Origin: Gemmatimonadales bacterium | Lineage (GTDB): Bacteria; Gemmatimonadota; Gemmatimonadetes; Gemmatimonadales; GWC2-71-9 | Reading direction: 5' to 3' | DNA: 36,567 bases | Assembly (NCBI GenBank): GCA_038321865.1 | Contig: JBBQFH010000032.1 | Span: 1-36,567 of the forward strand | In this document: positions 11,001-20,463 of the stretch, piece after piece | Position numbering within the stretch: the first letter of the stretch is position 1 | How the letters are laid out: every line of letters starts with the position of its first letter | Made by a program: the position numbers and the translations under genes | Notes under the pieces: generated by a model | Databases searched by the model: none | Told to the model about the DNA's origin: nothing | Seen by the model: only the letters and a program-made list of their open reading frames with translations

Positions 11001-11298
11001 GCGCGAGCGATTCGGCCCGCTGCCGCCCGAGGCGGAGACGCTGCTCGACATGGCCCGGCTTCGGGTCGTCGGGGGTGCACTCGGCCTGCAGCACGTGCTG
11101 GTCCGCGGCGACGAGGCGCGCCTGACGTTTCGGCCGGGCACGGCACCGCGGATGGCCGGCCTCACCGCCGCCCTCGACGACGTCCAGCTGGCCGCTGAAG
11201 TGCGCCGCACCGTGCCGCTGTCGCTCCGGCTGACGCGGCTGGGCGGTGAACCGATGATTCCCGCGCTCGTCCGAGCGCTCAAGGCCGTAGCGAAGTGA
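8032..11298 (+). CDS. mfd: Transcription-repair coupling factor Mfd
   Basis: UvrB-like N-terminus (VRGGILDIY), CarD/RID (GDYVVHLDHGIG), GDVGYGKTEVA, DEEHRFG, QLRGRVGRS and TRCF C-terminus. ATGA overlap with the BatA gene. Confidence 0.97.
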   Translation: MSLRLVIDAFERSAAASELLSRLPARGAALRLGGLPGSSGGVLAAWLARVEAQRLLVIVAPAPGDAERWLTDLGHLTDAAVALYPQREALGEDEPHYEIAGERAETIESVLGGRLRILVTTARATAEKTLVPAALEAMRMRLAVGERRPPAMVAAELETMGYHRVPTVTEVAEYSVRGGILDIYGFGMAGPARLEWWADDISSIRGFDLTTQRSTDEIMGITVLPIDTRSLRSDTGGAEPARRTLLELLPPDALLIEEATGPDADEVARAWNEAEHHLDIARRLGEAVPSRDEIFEEPARWRSRIAAFPRLVLRDEAADLQMGFFPPEKVDRDLNRLRAVIAGSPATLILCDNEGQLERMEELLEDGGRRASSATLAVGALEGGFVMPSLRVLTDHEIFRRARRLRRPRRYRQAAPSSATGALTVGDYVVHLDHGIGIYRGIDTVRVAESTIEVAVVEYEGGDRLNVPLYRLDQLERYRAAGDDGDHPPPKLHRLGGSSWQKVRDRTRKAIKQMAAELLDLYARRSVTGGYAFPPDSKWQRELESAFLYEDTPDQRKATDDIKRDMEQPRPMDRLLVGDVGYGKTEVAVRAAFKAVQGGKQVAVLVPTTILAEQHGRTFAERLADYPVKIEVLSRFRTAKEQKQALERMADGQTDVVIGTHRLLSKDVIFRDLGLLIVDEEHRFGVKHKERLKEIRLQVDVLTLTATPIPRTLHLSLAGLRDLTLIETPPRDRSPVLTFVEPWDDGLLEEAFARELDRGGQVFMVHNRIETIETIAARVRSLAPRARVAVAHGQMPAEQLEQVMRGFVAGEVDLLVTTMIVESGLDVPNANTMVVHDAHRLGLAQLYQLRGRVGRSHRRAYCYLLAPDAIDAEAEERLKVLEHHTDLGAGYRIALKDLELRGAGNLLGSEQSGHAHAVGFDLYLRWLEETVKALRGQGGREQPLPPDVVLDHPSHLPDAYVADDDVKLDLYRRLARAVSSGDIDQLREEMRERFGPLPPEAETLLDMARLRVVGGALGLQHVLVRGDEARLTFRPGTAPRMAGLTAALDDVQLAAEVRRTVPLSLRLTRLGGEPMIPALVRALKAVAK

Positions 11299-11320
11299 CT
11301 GCCCTTTTCCTGGAGACGTG

Positions 11321-12817
11321 ATGCGCCGCTTGTTGATCGCCGTCGGTCTGATCGCCCTCGCCGGTTGCTCGAATTTCCGCGACCTGTTCTCGGCGCACGC
11401 CGACGTGGCGGCCAGGGCCGGCTCGCTGGAGCTCACCACCGGCCGGCTGTCCCAGATTCTGGCCGGGCCCAAGGGCGCGCAGCTCAACCGCGAGGCGTCC
11501 CAGTACGTCGGCAATCTGTGGGTCGACTACGCCCTGTTCGCCCAGGCCGTGGCCACCCGGAAACTGCCGTCGGACTCGGCGGCGATCGCCGAGGTGTTCT
11601 GGCCGGACATCGCCGATATCCGGTCGAAGCACTGGTTCGATTCGTTGCTCGCCCGCCGGAGCCACGTCAAGCCGGGTTCCGCCGACAGCGTGTACAACGG
11701 CAACGAGATCCGGGTGTTCCAGCACATGCTCTTCCGGGTGGAGCCGAACGCGGTTCCCGAGGAGCGGGCCACCGTCCACAAGAAGGCGGAGGCGGTGCTG
11801 GCCCGGGTGAAGGCGGGGGCGGATTTCGGCCAGCTCGCGTCGCAGCTGTCGGAAGACCCCGGCAGCGCGCAGGACCAGGGGTTTCTTCCGCCCCGCCCCC
11901 GCGGGGCGTGGGCCACGGCCTTCGACAGCGCGGGGTGGTCCCTCGCGCCGGGCGCGACGAGCGGGATCGTGGAAACGCCGTACGGGTACCACATCGTCAG
12001 ACGGCCGGCCGCGACAGTCGTCCAGCCGCGGCTCGAGGCCTGGCTGCGTGAAGGCGCCGGCGTCCGGCTCGACTCGGTCTACCTCGACAGCCTCGGCCTG
12101 CAGCGGAAGGTGAAGATCGCCGCGGGCGCGCCGGCGACGGTGCGCGCGGCGGTCGATGACATCGACGCGAACAGCACCTCCCGCAAGACGGTGGCGACGT
12201 ACGACGGCGGCGAGATGACGGTGGGCGACGTGCTCCGGTGGGTGCGGCAGATCCCGCCGGCCTACATCGCGCAGATCAAGGAGGCGAAGGACTCACAGCT
12301 GGTGCAGTTCATCCGTCAGGTGACCAACAGCCAGCTGCTCGTGCGCCAGGCCGACTCCGCGCACGTGGCGCTGACACCGCTCGAGTGGCAGGAGATCCGC
12401 CAGCACTACAACGGGCAGGTCGACTCGCTCCGCGCGGACATGGGCATCGCCGGCGCGGATTTCAACGATTCGACGCTGTCGGGCGGCGACCGCGTGAAGG
12501 TGGCCGGGCTCAAGCTCGACCAGTATTTCGATGCGCTGCTCGCCGGCCGGACCCGGCTCCGCCCGCTGCCGTCGACGCTGGCCGCCGTGTTGCGGCAGCG
12601 GACGCCCCACAAGCTCTACGAGGCCGGTTTGGCCCGCGCCCTCGAGCAGGCAAAGGCCGTTCGGGCCAAGGCCGACTCGGCCGCCGGGCTGCCGGCGCAG
12701 GGCACCACGATGATCCCGCCGGGCGCCATGCAGCCCGCCCCGGGCCCGTCGCCCGCGGCGCCCGCGCCATCCTCGCCAAACACCGCGACGCCCGCCTCAC
12801 CGGCGCCGAGGAAGTGA
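11321..12817 (+). CDS. Lipoprotein peptidyl-prolyl isomerase (PpiC/parvulin type)
   Basis: Lipobox LAGC; HMLF...DFGQLASQLSED.GS..GFL...ETPYGYHIV rotamase motif; GGAG SD. Confidence 0.85.
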   Translation: MRRLLIAVGLIALAGCSNFRDLFSAHADVAARAGSLELTTGRLSQILAGPKGAQLNREASQYVGNLWVDYALFAQAVATRKLPSDSAAIAEVFWPDIADIRSKHWFDSLLARRSHVKPGSADSVYNGNEIRVFQHMLFRVEPNAVPEERATVHKKAEAVLARVKAGADFGQLASQLSEDPGSAQDQGFLPPRPRGAWATAFDSAGWSLAPGATSGIVETPYGYHIVRRPAATVVQPRLEAWLREGAGVRLDSVYLDSLGLQRKVKIAAGAPATVRAAVDDIDANSTSRKTVATYDGGEMTVGDVLRWVRQIPPAYIAQIKEAKDSQLVQFIRQVTNSQLLVRQADSAHVALTPLEWQEIRQHYNGQVDSLRADMGIAGADFNDSTLSGGDRVKVAGLKLDQYFDALLAGRTRLRPLPSTLAAVLRQRTPHKLYEAGLARALEQAKAVRAKADSAAGLPAQGTTMIPPGAMQPAPGPSPAAPAPSSPNTATPASPAPRK

Positions 12818-12824
12818 TCGCGTC

Positions 12825-14183
12825 ATGAGGATGCCGTACCGGACGACGCTGGCCTTGGCGGCCGCGGCCCTTGCCGGCGCGGGCGGAAGGCGTGTCGACG
12901 GACAAACCTCGCCGGCGACCGTGCACACGCTCCGCGACACCACGCTGGTCACCGACCGCGTGGTGGCCGTGGTGGCCAACCGCCCGATCCTGCTGTCCCA
13001 GGTGGATGAGGAGATCTTCACCCGCCAGTCGCAGCAGGGCCTCAAGCTGCCGCCGACCGATGCGGGCATCGATTCCCTCCGGCGGTCCATCGTGGCCGAC
13101 ATCATCGATGACGAGCTGCTGGTGCAGGAAGCGCAGCGTGACACCACGATCAAGGTCACCGAGGAAGAGGTGGTGCAGGGCGTCGAGGCGCAGGTCAAGA
13201 GCGTGCGGGGGCGCTTCACGTCGGAGGTCGATTACACCGCGGAACTGCGGAAGGCGGGCTTCGATACGCCCGACGAGTACCGGCGCTGGACCGCCGACAA
13301 CATTCGCCGGAGTTTCTACCGGACCCGTTACCTCGAGCACCTCAAGCAGCGTGACCGGCTCAAGCCGGTCGCGCCGACCGAACGCGAGATGCGGGCGTAT
13401 TTCGAGGCCAACAAGGGCTCGCTGGAGCAACGCCCGCCGACGGTCTCATTCAAGCAGATCATCGTCGCGCCGCGCGCGACCGACGCGGCAAAGGCCCGGG
13501 CCCGGGCCCAGGCCGACTCGATCGTGGCCGAGCTGCGCAAGGGTGCCGATTTCGCCACCGCGGCCCGGCGCTTTTCCCAGGATGCGGGGACCAAGGACAA
13601 GGGCGGGGACCTGGGCTGGCAGCGCCGCGGCACCTTCCTGCCGGAGTTCGAGCGGGTGGAATTCCAGCTCAAGCCCGGCGCCATCTCGGATCCGGTGGAG
13701 ACGGCGTTCGGCTACCACATCATTCAGGTCGTGCGGGCGCAGCCGACCGAGACCAACGCCCGCCACATCCTGATCATGCCCGCCGTCACGCCGGCCGACG
13801 TGGACAGCGCGCACGCGCTGGCGACGCGGATCTCGCAGGGGCTGGCCGCCGGCCAGTCATTTGATTCGCTGCAGCGGCTCTATCACGACCGGTCCGAGGA
13901 GAAGGAAGGCCAGTCGGTGCCGGTCGACCGGCTGCCCCCGGCCTACGCCACCGCGATCGGCACCGCCGATTCGGGCGCGGTGATCCCGCCGTTCGATCTC
14001 ACCGGGCCGGATGGGCGCACCAAGTACTCCATCGTGAAGGTGACGCTCCGCCGCCCGGCGGGCGACGTGTCGTACGAGGACATGAAGGAAAAGATCCGCT
14101 CGAGCCTGGGCGATGAGTTCGCCCTCCGGCGCCTGCTGGCGCGGCTTCGCGCCTCCACGTACGTAGACATCCGCGGTCCTTGA
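12825..14183 (+). CDS. surA: SurA-like chaperone / peptidyl-prolyl isomerase
   Basis: DRVVAVVANRPILLS SurA N-domain; FATAARRFSQD..GGDLGW and ETAFGYHII; directly precedes pdxA. Confidence 0.82.
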   Translation: MRMPYRTTLALAAAALAGAGGRRVDGQTSPATVHTLRDTTLVTDRVVAVVANRPILLSQVDEEIFTRQSQQGLKLPPTDAGIDSLRRSIVADIIDDELLVQEAQRDTTIKVTEEEVVQGVEAQVKSVRGRFTSEVDYTAELRKAGFDTPDEYRRWTADNIRRSFYRTRYLEHLKQRDRLKPVAPTEREMRAYFEANKGSLEQRPPTVSFKQIIVAPRATDAAKARARAQADSIVAELRKGADFATAARRFSQDAGTKDKGGDLGWQRRGTFLPEFERVEFQLKPGAISDPVETAFGYHIIQVVRAQPTETNARHILIMPAVTPADVDSAHALATRISQGLAAGQSFDSLQRLYHDRSEEKEGQSVPVDRLPPAYATAIGTADSGAVIPPFDLTGPDGRTKYSIVKVTLRRPAGDVSYEDMKEKIRSSLGDEFALRRLLARLRASTYVDIRGP

Positions 14184-15088
14184 CCCCCCGCCTCGCGGTC
14201 ACCCTCGGCGACCCGCGCGGCATCGGACCGGAGATCGTCGAGCGCTCGCTGGCCGAGCCGCTCGATGCGGAGATCACGCTGATCGGCGCCGAGGACCAGA
14301 TCGCGGCGATCCCGGCCGCCCGCAGGATCTCCGTGGGGAGCTGGAAGGGCGGAAGCGGCGATCGCGCGGATCATGCGCGCACCCTTCGCGCCGGCCGGCT
14401 CGCCGGGCATGCGGTCGAGACGGCAGCGCGCCTCGCACTCGCCGGCGAAGTCGACGCGATCGTGACCGCCCCCGCCCACAAGCACGCCCTGCACCTCGCC
14501 GGCTTTCCCTATCCCGGACACACCGAGTGGCTGGCCCACCTCGCGGGCGACGTGGACGTCGCGATGATGCTCGCCGCCGAGGAGCTTCGCGTCGTGCTGG
14601 TCACGACGCACGTGCCGCTTCGGGACGTGCCGTCGCTGCTCACGACCGATCGCATCGTGCGGACCGGCCGCGTCACCCTGCTGGCCCTGCGCGACTGGTT
14701 CGGCATCGCGTCGCCCCGGCTGGCGCTCTGCGCCCTGAATCCCCACGCCGGCGAGTCGGGGCTGTTCGGCGACGAGGAGATCCGGGTGCTGCGGCCGGCG
14801 GCCGAGCTGCTGGGCGCGGCCGGGCCGTTCCCCGCTGATACCGTCTTTGTGCGTGCGATGCGGGGAGAGTTCGACGCCGTGCTGGCGCCGTATCACGATG
14901 TCGGAATGACTGCGATCAAGGTCGCGGCGTTCGGGCGGGCGGTGAACGTGACGCTTGGTCTGCCGTTTCCGCGAACGTCGCCGGATCACGGGACGGCGTT
15001 CGACATCGCCGGGACCGGTCAGGCCGACGCGGGAAGCATGCGGGCGGCCCTGGAAATGGCCGCGCGGCTGGGGAGCCGTCGAACGTAG
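14180..15088 (+). CDS. pdxA: 4-hydroxythreonine-4-phosphate dehydrogenase
   Basis: TLGDPRGIGPE, TAPAHK, GHTE, LNPHAGE, YHD and RTSPDHGTAFDIAG. TTGA overlap with surA. Confidence 0.95.
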   Translation: MTPRLAVTLGDPRGIGPEIVERSLAEPLDAEITLIGAEDQIAAIPAARRISVGSWKGGSGDRADHARTLRAGRLAGHAVETAARLALAGEVDAIVTAPAHKHALHLAGFPYPGHTEWLAHLAGDVDVAMMLAAEELRVVLVTTHVPLRDVPSLLTTDRIVRTGRVTLLALRDWFGIASPRLALCALNPHAGESGLFGDEEIRVLRPAAELLGAAGPFPADTVFVRAMRGEFDAVLAPYHDVGMTAIKVAAFGRAVNVTLGLPFPRTSPDHGTAFDIAGTGQADAGSMRAALEMAARLGSRRT

Positions 15089-15107
15089 CGTTGCCCAGCG
15101 GACAATG

Positions 15108-16433
15108 TCAGGCCGGCTTCTGCTCCGGCTTGATGGCGACGACGCGCAGGGCCTTCACCCGGCGGCCGTCCATCTCCGCGACTTCGAAGGTGCGGTCTCC
15201 CACGGTGACGCGATCGCCTACCTTGGGCAGGCGGCCAAGGAGCCCAAAGACGTAGCCGCCGATCGTCGTGTAGTCGGAATCGTCGATCGTCGTGTCATAC
15301 TCCGAATTGAATTCCGTGATCGGCAGCGCGCCGTCCACCTGCGGCGCCCCCTCGGCGGGCTTGGCTCCGTCCTGGGGGTCGTATTCGTCGTAGATCGGCC
15401 CCACGATCTCCTCGAGGAGGTCCTCCATCGTGACGAGGCCGGCGGTGCCGCCGTATTCGTCGAGCACGATCGCGAGGTGCACCTTGAGCCGCTTCATGTC
15501 GGCCAGCACGTCCTCGACTTCGCGCGTGCCGGGGACGAACAGCGGCGGGCGCATGATGGCGCGCACCGTTTCCTGCGGCCGGGTCCGGATGGCGCTGAGG
15601 ATGTCCTTGGCGTGGACCACGCCGACGATCTCGTCCACCGTTTCCACGTACACCGGGTAGCGGGAGCGGCGCTCGGCGGCGACCTCGTCGGCCGCGCCCT
15701 CGATCGAGAGTTCCGCGGCCAGCCCGATCATCTGGGTGCGAGGCGTCATCACCTCCTGGGCCGTCTTCTCGCTGAACTCGAACACCCCCTCGAGCAGCCG
15801 GGCATCCTGCTTGAGGAGCGTGCCACCCTCCTCGCTCTGCTCCACGAGCATCCGGATCTCTTCCGGGGAATGCAGCCGGTCCTCCTGGCCGGGCGGAGTG
15901 ATCCCCGCCAGGCCCAGCAGCCAGTTCGACACCCCCTTGAGCACGGCGATCGGCCCCGCCATGACCCAGGCGAACCCCATCAGCGGGATCACGGTCCAGG
16001 TGGCGACGACCTCGGGATGGACCAGCGCAAACGCCTTCGGCACCAGCTCGCCGAGCACGATATGCAGGGTGGTGATGCAGGTGAACGCGATGACCGACGC
16101 GATGGTGTGCGTGGCGATTCCGGCCACGACCGGCTGCATGCCGGTGAACCAGCCGCCGATCACATGGGCGAGCGCCGGTTCACCTACCCAGCCGAGGCCG
16201 AGGGAGGTGAGGGTGATCCCGAGCTGCGTCGCCGAGATGTAGCGGGCGAGTGATTGAATGGCCCGCCGGGCGAGGATAGCTTTGCGATCGCCGGCCCGCA
16301 CCATTTCGTCGAGGCGGGTCTTCCGCGCGCTGACCAGCGAAAACTCGGTCGCGACGAAGAATGCATTCGCGATGACCAGCACGAATACGGCGGCGAGACC
16401 GAAACCGGTCGAGGTGGGCTGCGATGCTTCCAT
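15108..16433 (-). CDS. Hemolysin-family / CorC (CNNM-CBS-CorC) Mg/Co efflux protein
   Basis: NAFFVATEFSLV, TQLGIT, GELVPK, VMTPR, DEYGGTAGLVTMEDLLEEIVG and C-terminal CorC domain. Confidence 0.93.
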   Translation of the reverse strand: MEASQPTSTGFGLAAVFVLVIANAFFVATEFSLVSARKTRLDEMVRAGDRKAILARRAIQSLARYISATQLGITLTSLGLGWVGEPALAHVIGGWFTGMQPVVAGIATHTIASVIAFTCITTLHIVLGELVPKAFALVHPEVVATWTVIPLMGFAWVMAGPIAVLKGVSNWLLGLAGITPPGQEDRLHSPEEIRMLVEQSEEGGTLLKQDARLLEGVFEFSEKTAQEVMTPRTQMIGLAAELSIEGAADEVAAERRSRYPVYVETVDEIVGVVHAKDILSAIRTRPQETVRAIMRPPLFVPGTREVEDVLADMKRLKVHLAIVLDEYGGTAGLVTMEDLLEEIVGPIYDEYDPQDGAKPAEGAPQVDGALPITEFNSEYDTTIDDSDYTTIGGYVFGLLGRLPKVGDRVTVGDRTFEVAEMDGRRVKALRVVAIKPEQKPA

Positions 16434-17428
16434 GGGGCTTAAGTCTAACGGAGAAACGGTTTTACCGCGAGGCCACCGACCTGGACCCGTCAAAGGTAGG
16501 GGAGTGTTCGCACGCGGGCATTACGGGGCGGGGGGCGGCCACGCCCTCGCGGCGCCTCCGCTACGTCCTGTTGATCACGGCCGTCTTCATGATCGTCGAG
16601 GCGGTGGGCGGGTGGCTCAGCGGCTCGCTGGCGCTGCTGGCGGATGCCGGCCACATGCTGACCGATGTCGGCGCGCTCGGATTGACCCTCGTCACCGCTT
16701 CCGTCGCGCAGCGGCCGGCGGACGATCGCAAGACCTACGGCTACGTGCGCTGGGAAATCCTGGCCGCGCTGGTGAATGGGGCGGCGCTGGTCGCCATCGC
16801 GGGCTGGGTGGTCTTCGAAGCGGTGCACCGGCTGGGGGATCCGCACCCGGTGCAGGCCGGCCTGATGCTGGCCGTGGCCGGTGCCGGCCTGGCCGCCAAC
16901 GCCGTGGCGCTCTGGCTGCTGCACGGCACCCACCAGCACAGCCTCAACACGCGGGGCGCCTACCTGCACATCCTGGGCGATCTGCTCGGCTCGGCCGGCG
17001 CGATCATCGCCGGCGCCGTGATTGCCCTGACCGGGTGGACCCCGATCGATCCGATCCTGTCGGTCGCGCTCGCACTGCTCATTCTGATCGGGGCCTGGCG
17101 GCTGGTGAGGGAGAGCACCGATATCCTGCTCGAGGCGGTGCCGCGCACCGTTTCGATGCCCGAGGTGCAGCGGCGCATGCTGGAGGTCGACGGCGTGACG
17201 GCGGTGCACGACCTCCACGTCTGGGCCGTCACCAGCGGGGTGATCGCCATGAGCGGCCACGCCCTGGTGCCCGACCTGGCGGCGCATCCCGGCGTGCTGG
17301 ACGGCATCCGGCGCGCGATGGGACAGCTGGGCATCGGGCACGTGACCATTCAGCTCGAAGTCGAGGGCGCCTGCGAGCCGGTCGAAACCGCCTCGGCCCA
17401 TGGTTCGCACGGCCATGTCCATCATTAG
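16424..17428 (+). CDS. Cation diffusion facilitator (CzcD/ZitB-like) transporter; start uncertain
   Basis: SLALLADAGHMLTD, TYGY.RWEILAA, HILGDLLGS, HDLHVW, HVTIQLE and His-rich tail. Confidence 0.92.
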   Translation: MLPWGLSLTEKRFYREATDLDPSKVGECSHAGITGRGAATPSRRLRYVLLITAVFMIVEAVGGWLSGSLALLADAGHMLTDVGALGLTLVTASVAQRPADDRKTYGYVRWEILAALVNGAALVAIAGWVVFEAVHRLGDPHPVQAGLMLAVAGAGLAANAVALWLLHGTHQHSLNTRGAYLHILGDLLGSAGAIIAGAVIALTGWTPIDPILSVALALLILIGAWRLVRESTDILLEAVPRTVSMPEVQRRMLEVDGVTAVHDLHVWAVTSGVIAMSGHALVPDLAAHPGVLDGIRRAMGQLGIGHVTIQLEVEGACEPVETASAHGSHGHVHH

Positions 17429-17502
17429 AGGGGAGGCGCCTTTCCCCGGGTGACGCGGCGTCTTGCGGCATCGCGTTGGGCCGTCTATATATGCGCCCCT
17501 CA

Positions 17503-17527
17503 GGGCCCGCCAGTCCGGGCCCCTTTT
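17503..17527 (+). terminator. GC hairpin with T-tract upstream of typA
   Basis: gggcccg-ccagtc-cgggccc followed by ctttt. Confidence 0.45.
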
Positions 17528-17549
17528 CAGTCTTTCTCGGAAGTGCCGA

Positions 17550-19403
17550 ATGTTGATCAGGAACATCGCCATCATCGCTCACGTCGACCACGGGAAGACC
17601 ACCCTCGTGGATCAGATGCTGCGCCAGGCGGGCGCGTTCCGCGCCAACCAGCAGGTGGCGGAGCGCGTGATGGATTCGAACCCGCTTGAGCGGGAGCGCG
17701 GGATCACCATTCTCGCCAAGAACACCGCGGTCAGCTGGCACGGAACGAAGATCAACATCGTGGACACGCCGGGCCACGCCGACTTCGGGGGCGAGGTCGA
17801 GCGCATCCTCCGCATGGTGGATGGCGTCCTGATCCTGGTGGATGCCGCCGAGGGGCCCATGCCGCAGACGCGATTCGTGACGCGGAAGGCGCTGGCACTG
17901 GGTCACCGGCCGATCGTGGCGATCAACAAGATCGACCGCTCGGATGCGGAGCCACTGCGGGTGCACGACGAGGTGCTGGGGTTGTTCATCGATCTCGACG
18001 CGACGCACGAGCAGCTCGACGCGCCGTTCCTGTACACGTCGAGCCGCGCCGGTACGGCCACGATGGAGCTGGATCATCCCGGCACCGACCTGGCGCCGCT
18101 GTTCCAGACGATCCTCGACTACGTGCCGGCCCCGAAGAGCGACGCCGGGGGCCCGTTCCAGATGCTGGTCTCGACGCTCGACTTTTCCAGCTTCCTCGGC
18201 CGGATCGCGATCGGCCGCATCGAGCGGGGCCGGGTGGCCGTCGGCGACCAGGTCGCGCTGCTCCCGATGGGCGAGGCGGGAATGGTCGGCCCGGAGGAGA
18301 AGGTCGAGCGGAACAAGGTGACGCGGCTCTACACCTTCGACGGACTAAACCGCATCGAGGTCGAGCAGGTCGACGCGGGAGACATCGTCGCGCTGTCGGG
18401 CTTCGAGGGGATCGAAATCGGAAAGACCTTCACCTCGGTGGACCACCAGGAGCGCCTGGAGGGTATCGCGGTGGAGGAGCCGACGATTTCGGTGGACTTC
18501 ATCGTGAACAACAGTCCGTTCGCCGGGCGTGAGGGGAAGTTCGTCACCAGCCGCCAGCTCCGGGACCGGCTCTACAAGGAGCTGGAACGGAACGTGGCGC
18601 TCCGGGTCGAGCCGACCGACAGTCCGGACACCCACTCCGTCGCCGGGCGCGGGGAGCTGCACCTTGGTATCCTGATGGAGACGATGCGGCGGGAAGGGTT
18701 CGAGTTCCAGGTCAGCCGCCCGCGGGTGATCACCAAGGAGGGACCCAACGGCGAGCGGTTCGAGCCGTATGAGGAGTTGATGATCGACGTGCCCGAAGAC
18801 TACATGGGTGCGGTGATGGAGAAGCTGGGCCCCCGCCGCTCCGAAATGACCGAGATGCGGAATCCGGGTCAGGGCATGGTGCGGATGACGTTCAAGATCC
18901 CGGCGCGCGGTCTCTTCGGATACCGGTCGGAGTTTCTCACCGACACGCGGGGAACGGGTATCATGCACCACCGGTTCCTGGAGTACGGTCCCTGGGCCGG
19001 TCCGCTGGCCGGCCGCAAGCGGGGGGTGCTCGTGGCCGATCGCGAGGGGCCGGTGGTGGCGTTCGCGCTCGGAAACCTGCAGGAGCGGGCCCAGATGTTC
19101 GTGGCGCCTGGTGACATCGTCTACGAGGGCATGCTGGCCGGGGAGAACTCGCGGCCGGCCGACCTGGACGTGAACGTGACGAAGGAAAAGAAGCTGACCA
19201 ACATGCGGACGACGGCGACGGACGACAACGTCATCCTGGAGCCGCCGCGCCAGATTACGCTGGAGTACGCCCTCGAGTACATCGAGGAGGATGAGCTGAT
19301 CGAGGTCACGCCGAAGACCATCCGGCTGCGCAAGCGGCAGCTGGCGGCGAACGACCGGAAGAAGGCCGCGCGCGCCGCCGCGCGGGTCGAGAACGCGTCC
19401 TAG
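17550..19403 (+). CDS. typA: Translational GTPase TypA/BipA
   Basis: [50 protein letters not shown] and [11 protein letters not shown]. Confidence 0.98.
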   Translation: MLIRNIAIIAHVDHGKTTLVDQMLRQAGAFRANQQVAERVMDSNPLERERGITILAKNTAVSWHGTKINIVDTPGHADFGGEVERILRMVDGVLILVDAAEGPMPQTRFVTRKALALGHRPIVAINKIDRSDAEPLRVHDEVLGLFIDLDATHEQLDAPFLYTSSRAGTATMELDHPGTDLAPLFQTILDYVPAPKSDAGGPFQMLVSTLDFSSFLGRIAIGRIERGRVAVGDQVALLPMGEAGMVGPEEKVERNKVTRLYTFDGLNRIEVEQVDAGDIVALSGFEGIEIGKTFTSVDHQERLEGIAVEEPTISVDFIVNNSPFAGREGKFVTSRQLRDRLYKELERNVALRVEPTDSPDTHSVAGRGELHLGILMETMRREGFEFQVSRPRVITKEGPNGERFEPYEELMIDVPEDYMGAVMEKLGPRRSEMTEMRNPGQGMVRMTFKIPARGLFGYRSEFLTDTRGTGIMHHRFLEYGPWAGPLAGRKRGVLVADREGPVVAFALGNLQERAQMFVAPGDIVYEGMLAGENSRPADLDVNVTKEKKLTNMRTTATDDNVILEPPRQITLEYALEYIEEDELIEVTPKTIRLRKRQLAANDRKKAARAAARVENAS

Positions 19404-19444
19404 GGCGCGGCACTGGAATCTCTCTGAAGGCGGGAGGACACATC

Positions 19445-19660
19445 ATGCTGGCCTGGGAGACGTCGGTCGAGGCCCTCGAGATGCGTCGGAAGTTCGATGA
19501 CGACGAGGGCGAATTCGAGGACGGATTCACCTTCGACGACGACGACGATGACGAGGATGACGACGAGGTGGAGGACGATGAGCTCGACGATGACGACCTC
19601 GACGACGACGAGGCCGAGGAAGACCTGATTCTCGACGATGAGGAGGAAGACGAGCGCTAG
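19445..19660 (+). CDS. Small, highly acidic protein (71 aa, about 60% Asp/Glu)
   Basis: GGAGG SD upstream; GAC/GAT/GAG codon run with synonymous variation. Confidence 0.65.
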   Translation: MLAWETSVEALEMRRKFDDDEGEFEDGFTFDDDDDDEDDDEVEDDELDDDDLDDDEAEEDLILDDEEEDER

Positions 19661-19724
19661 CCGCCGGCCCGTCTGCCACACTAGATTCCGGCGCTGGCGG
19701 TCATCTTGTCCGGCCCCGGAGGCC

Positions 19725-19798
<74 letters not shown>

Positions 19799-19807
19799 CT
19801 GTCCACT

Positions 19808-19839
19808 CGACGGCGCACCGTGAACGCGGTGCGCCGTCG
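19808..19839 (+). terminator. Perfect 13-bp hairpin just downstream of the tRNA (terminator or processing stem)
   Basis: cgacggcgcaccg-tgaacg-cggtgcgccgtcg; no clear U-tract. Confidence 0.6.
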
Positions 19840-19948
19840 CTCGTTCGGGCCCGGCGCCGGTCACGCACTGGATGTGAGTGGGGCCACACCCCGAGCCCGG
19901 TCTGCCCCACCGCGCCGCCGCCGTTAAAGCGCCATCTTGTCGTCGAGG

Positions 19949-20257
19949 ATGGGGGTGGCGCATGGTGACGACGAACTGATGGCGAGTGCCTCAGGACAAC
20001 GCGGAAGTGCCGGGGCAGGGGTCCGCGAGGCGCGTGTCCTGCCGCAGCATGCTCGCAAGTATGTCGACGTCGTCGCCGATCACTGGTATCCAGCCGCCGT
20101 TCTCGCCGATTATGTGCGCGGCACGTACCACCGGGCGTCGCGGGCGGTCCGCGAGCTCGACGAGGCCCATTTCGAGTTCCGCGGCGGATCGCCGAGAGGC
20201 GAGGCCTGGCATCCGACCCGCCGGGTGGACGGGCCGCGGAACCGTCGGCCGACCTGA
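19949..20257 (+). CDS. Small hypothetical protein with REAR...HFEFRGG motif
   Basis: GAGG before ATG 19949 (ATG 19979 is an alternative); ordered, aromatic-containing sequence unlike the shadow frames. Confidence 0.55.
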   Translation: MGVAHGDDELMASASGQRGSAGAGVREARVLPQHARKYVDVVADHWYPAAVLADYVRGTYHRASRAVRELDEAHFEFRGGSPRGEAWHPTRRVDGPRNRRPT

Positions 20258-20293
20258 CCGGAAGTCAACCATTCATCGCTGCGGAGGCCACAC

Positions 20294-20446
20294 ATGTTAG
20301 CCACGATCGCACTGATTCTGCTCGTTCTGTGGGCCCTGGGGTTCTTTGCGTTCCATGCGGCGGGCGGACTGATCCATATCCTGCTGATCGTCGCCGTGAT
20401 CGTCGGCATCATGCACTTCCTCCGCGGGCGCGGCACGACGGTCTAG
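20294..20446 (+). CDS. lmo0937-like (DUF5670) small membrane protein, 50 aa
   Basis: Below the ORF-track cut-off. MLATIALILLVLWALGFFAFHAAGGLIHILLIVAVIVGIMHFLRGR; GGAGG SD. Confidence 0.85.
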   Translation: MLATIALILLVLWALGFFAFHAAGGLIHILLIVAVIVGIMHFLRGRGTTV

Positions 20447-20463
20447 CCTTGCTGACCGCATCC

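Noticed and set aside
7747..11514. 1255-aa ORF on the minus strand
   Set aside because: Antisense shadow of mfd; stop-poor reverse frames are expected at this GC content and it has no recognisable motifs.
19496..19655. GAC/GAT/GAG trinucleotide-like repeat as a microsatellite or array
   Set aside because: Imperfect and in frame with an SD-led ORF; explained by Asp/Glu codons.
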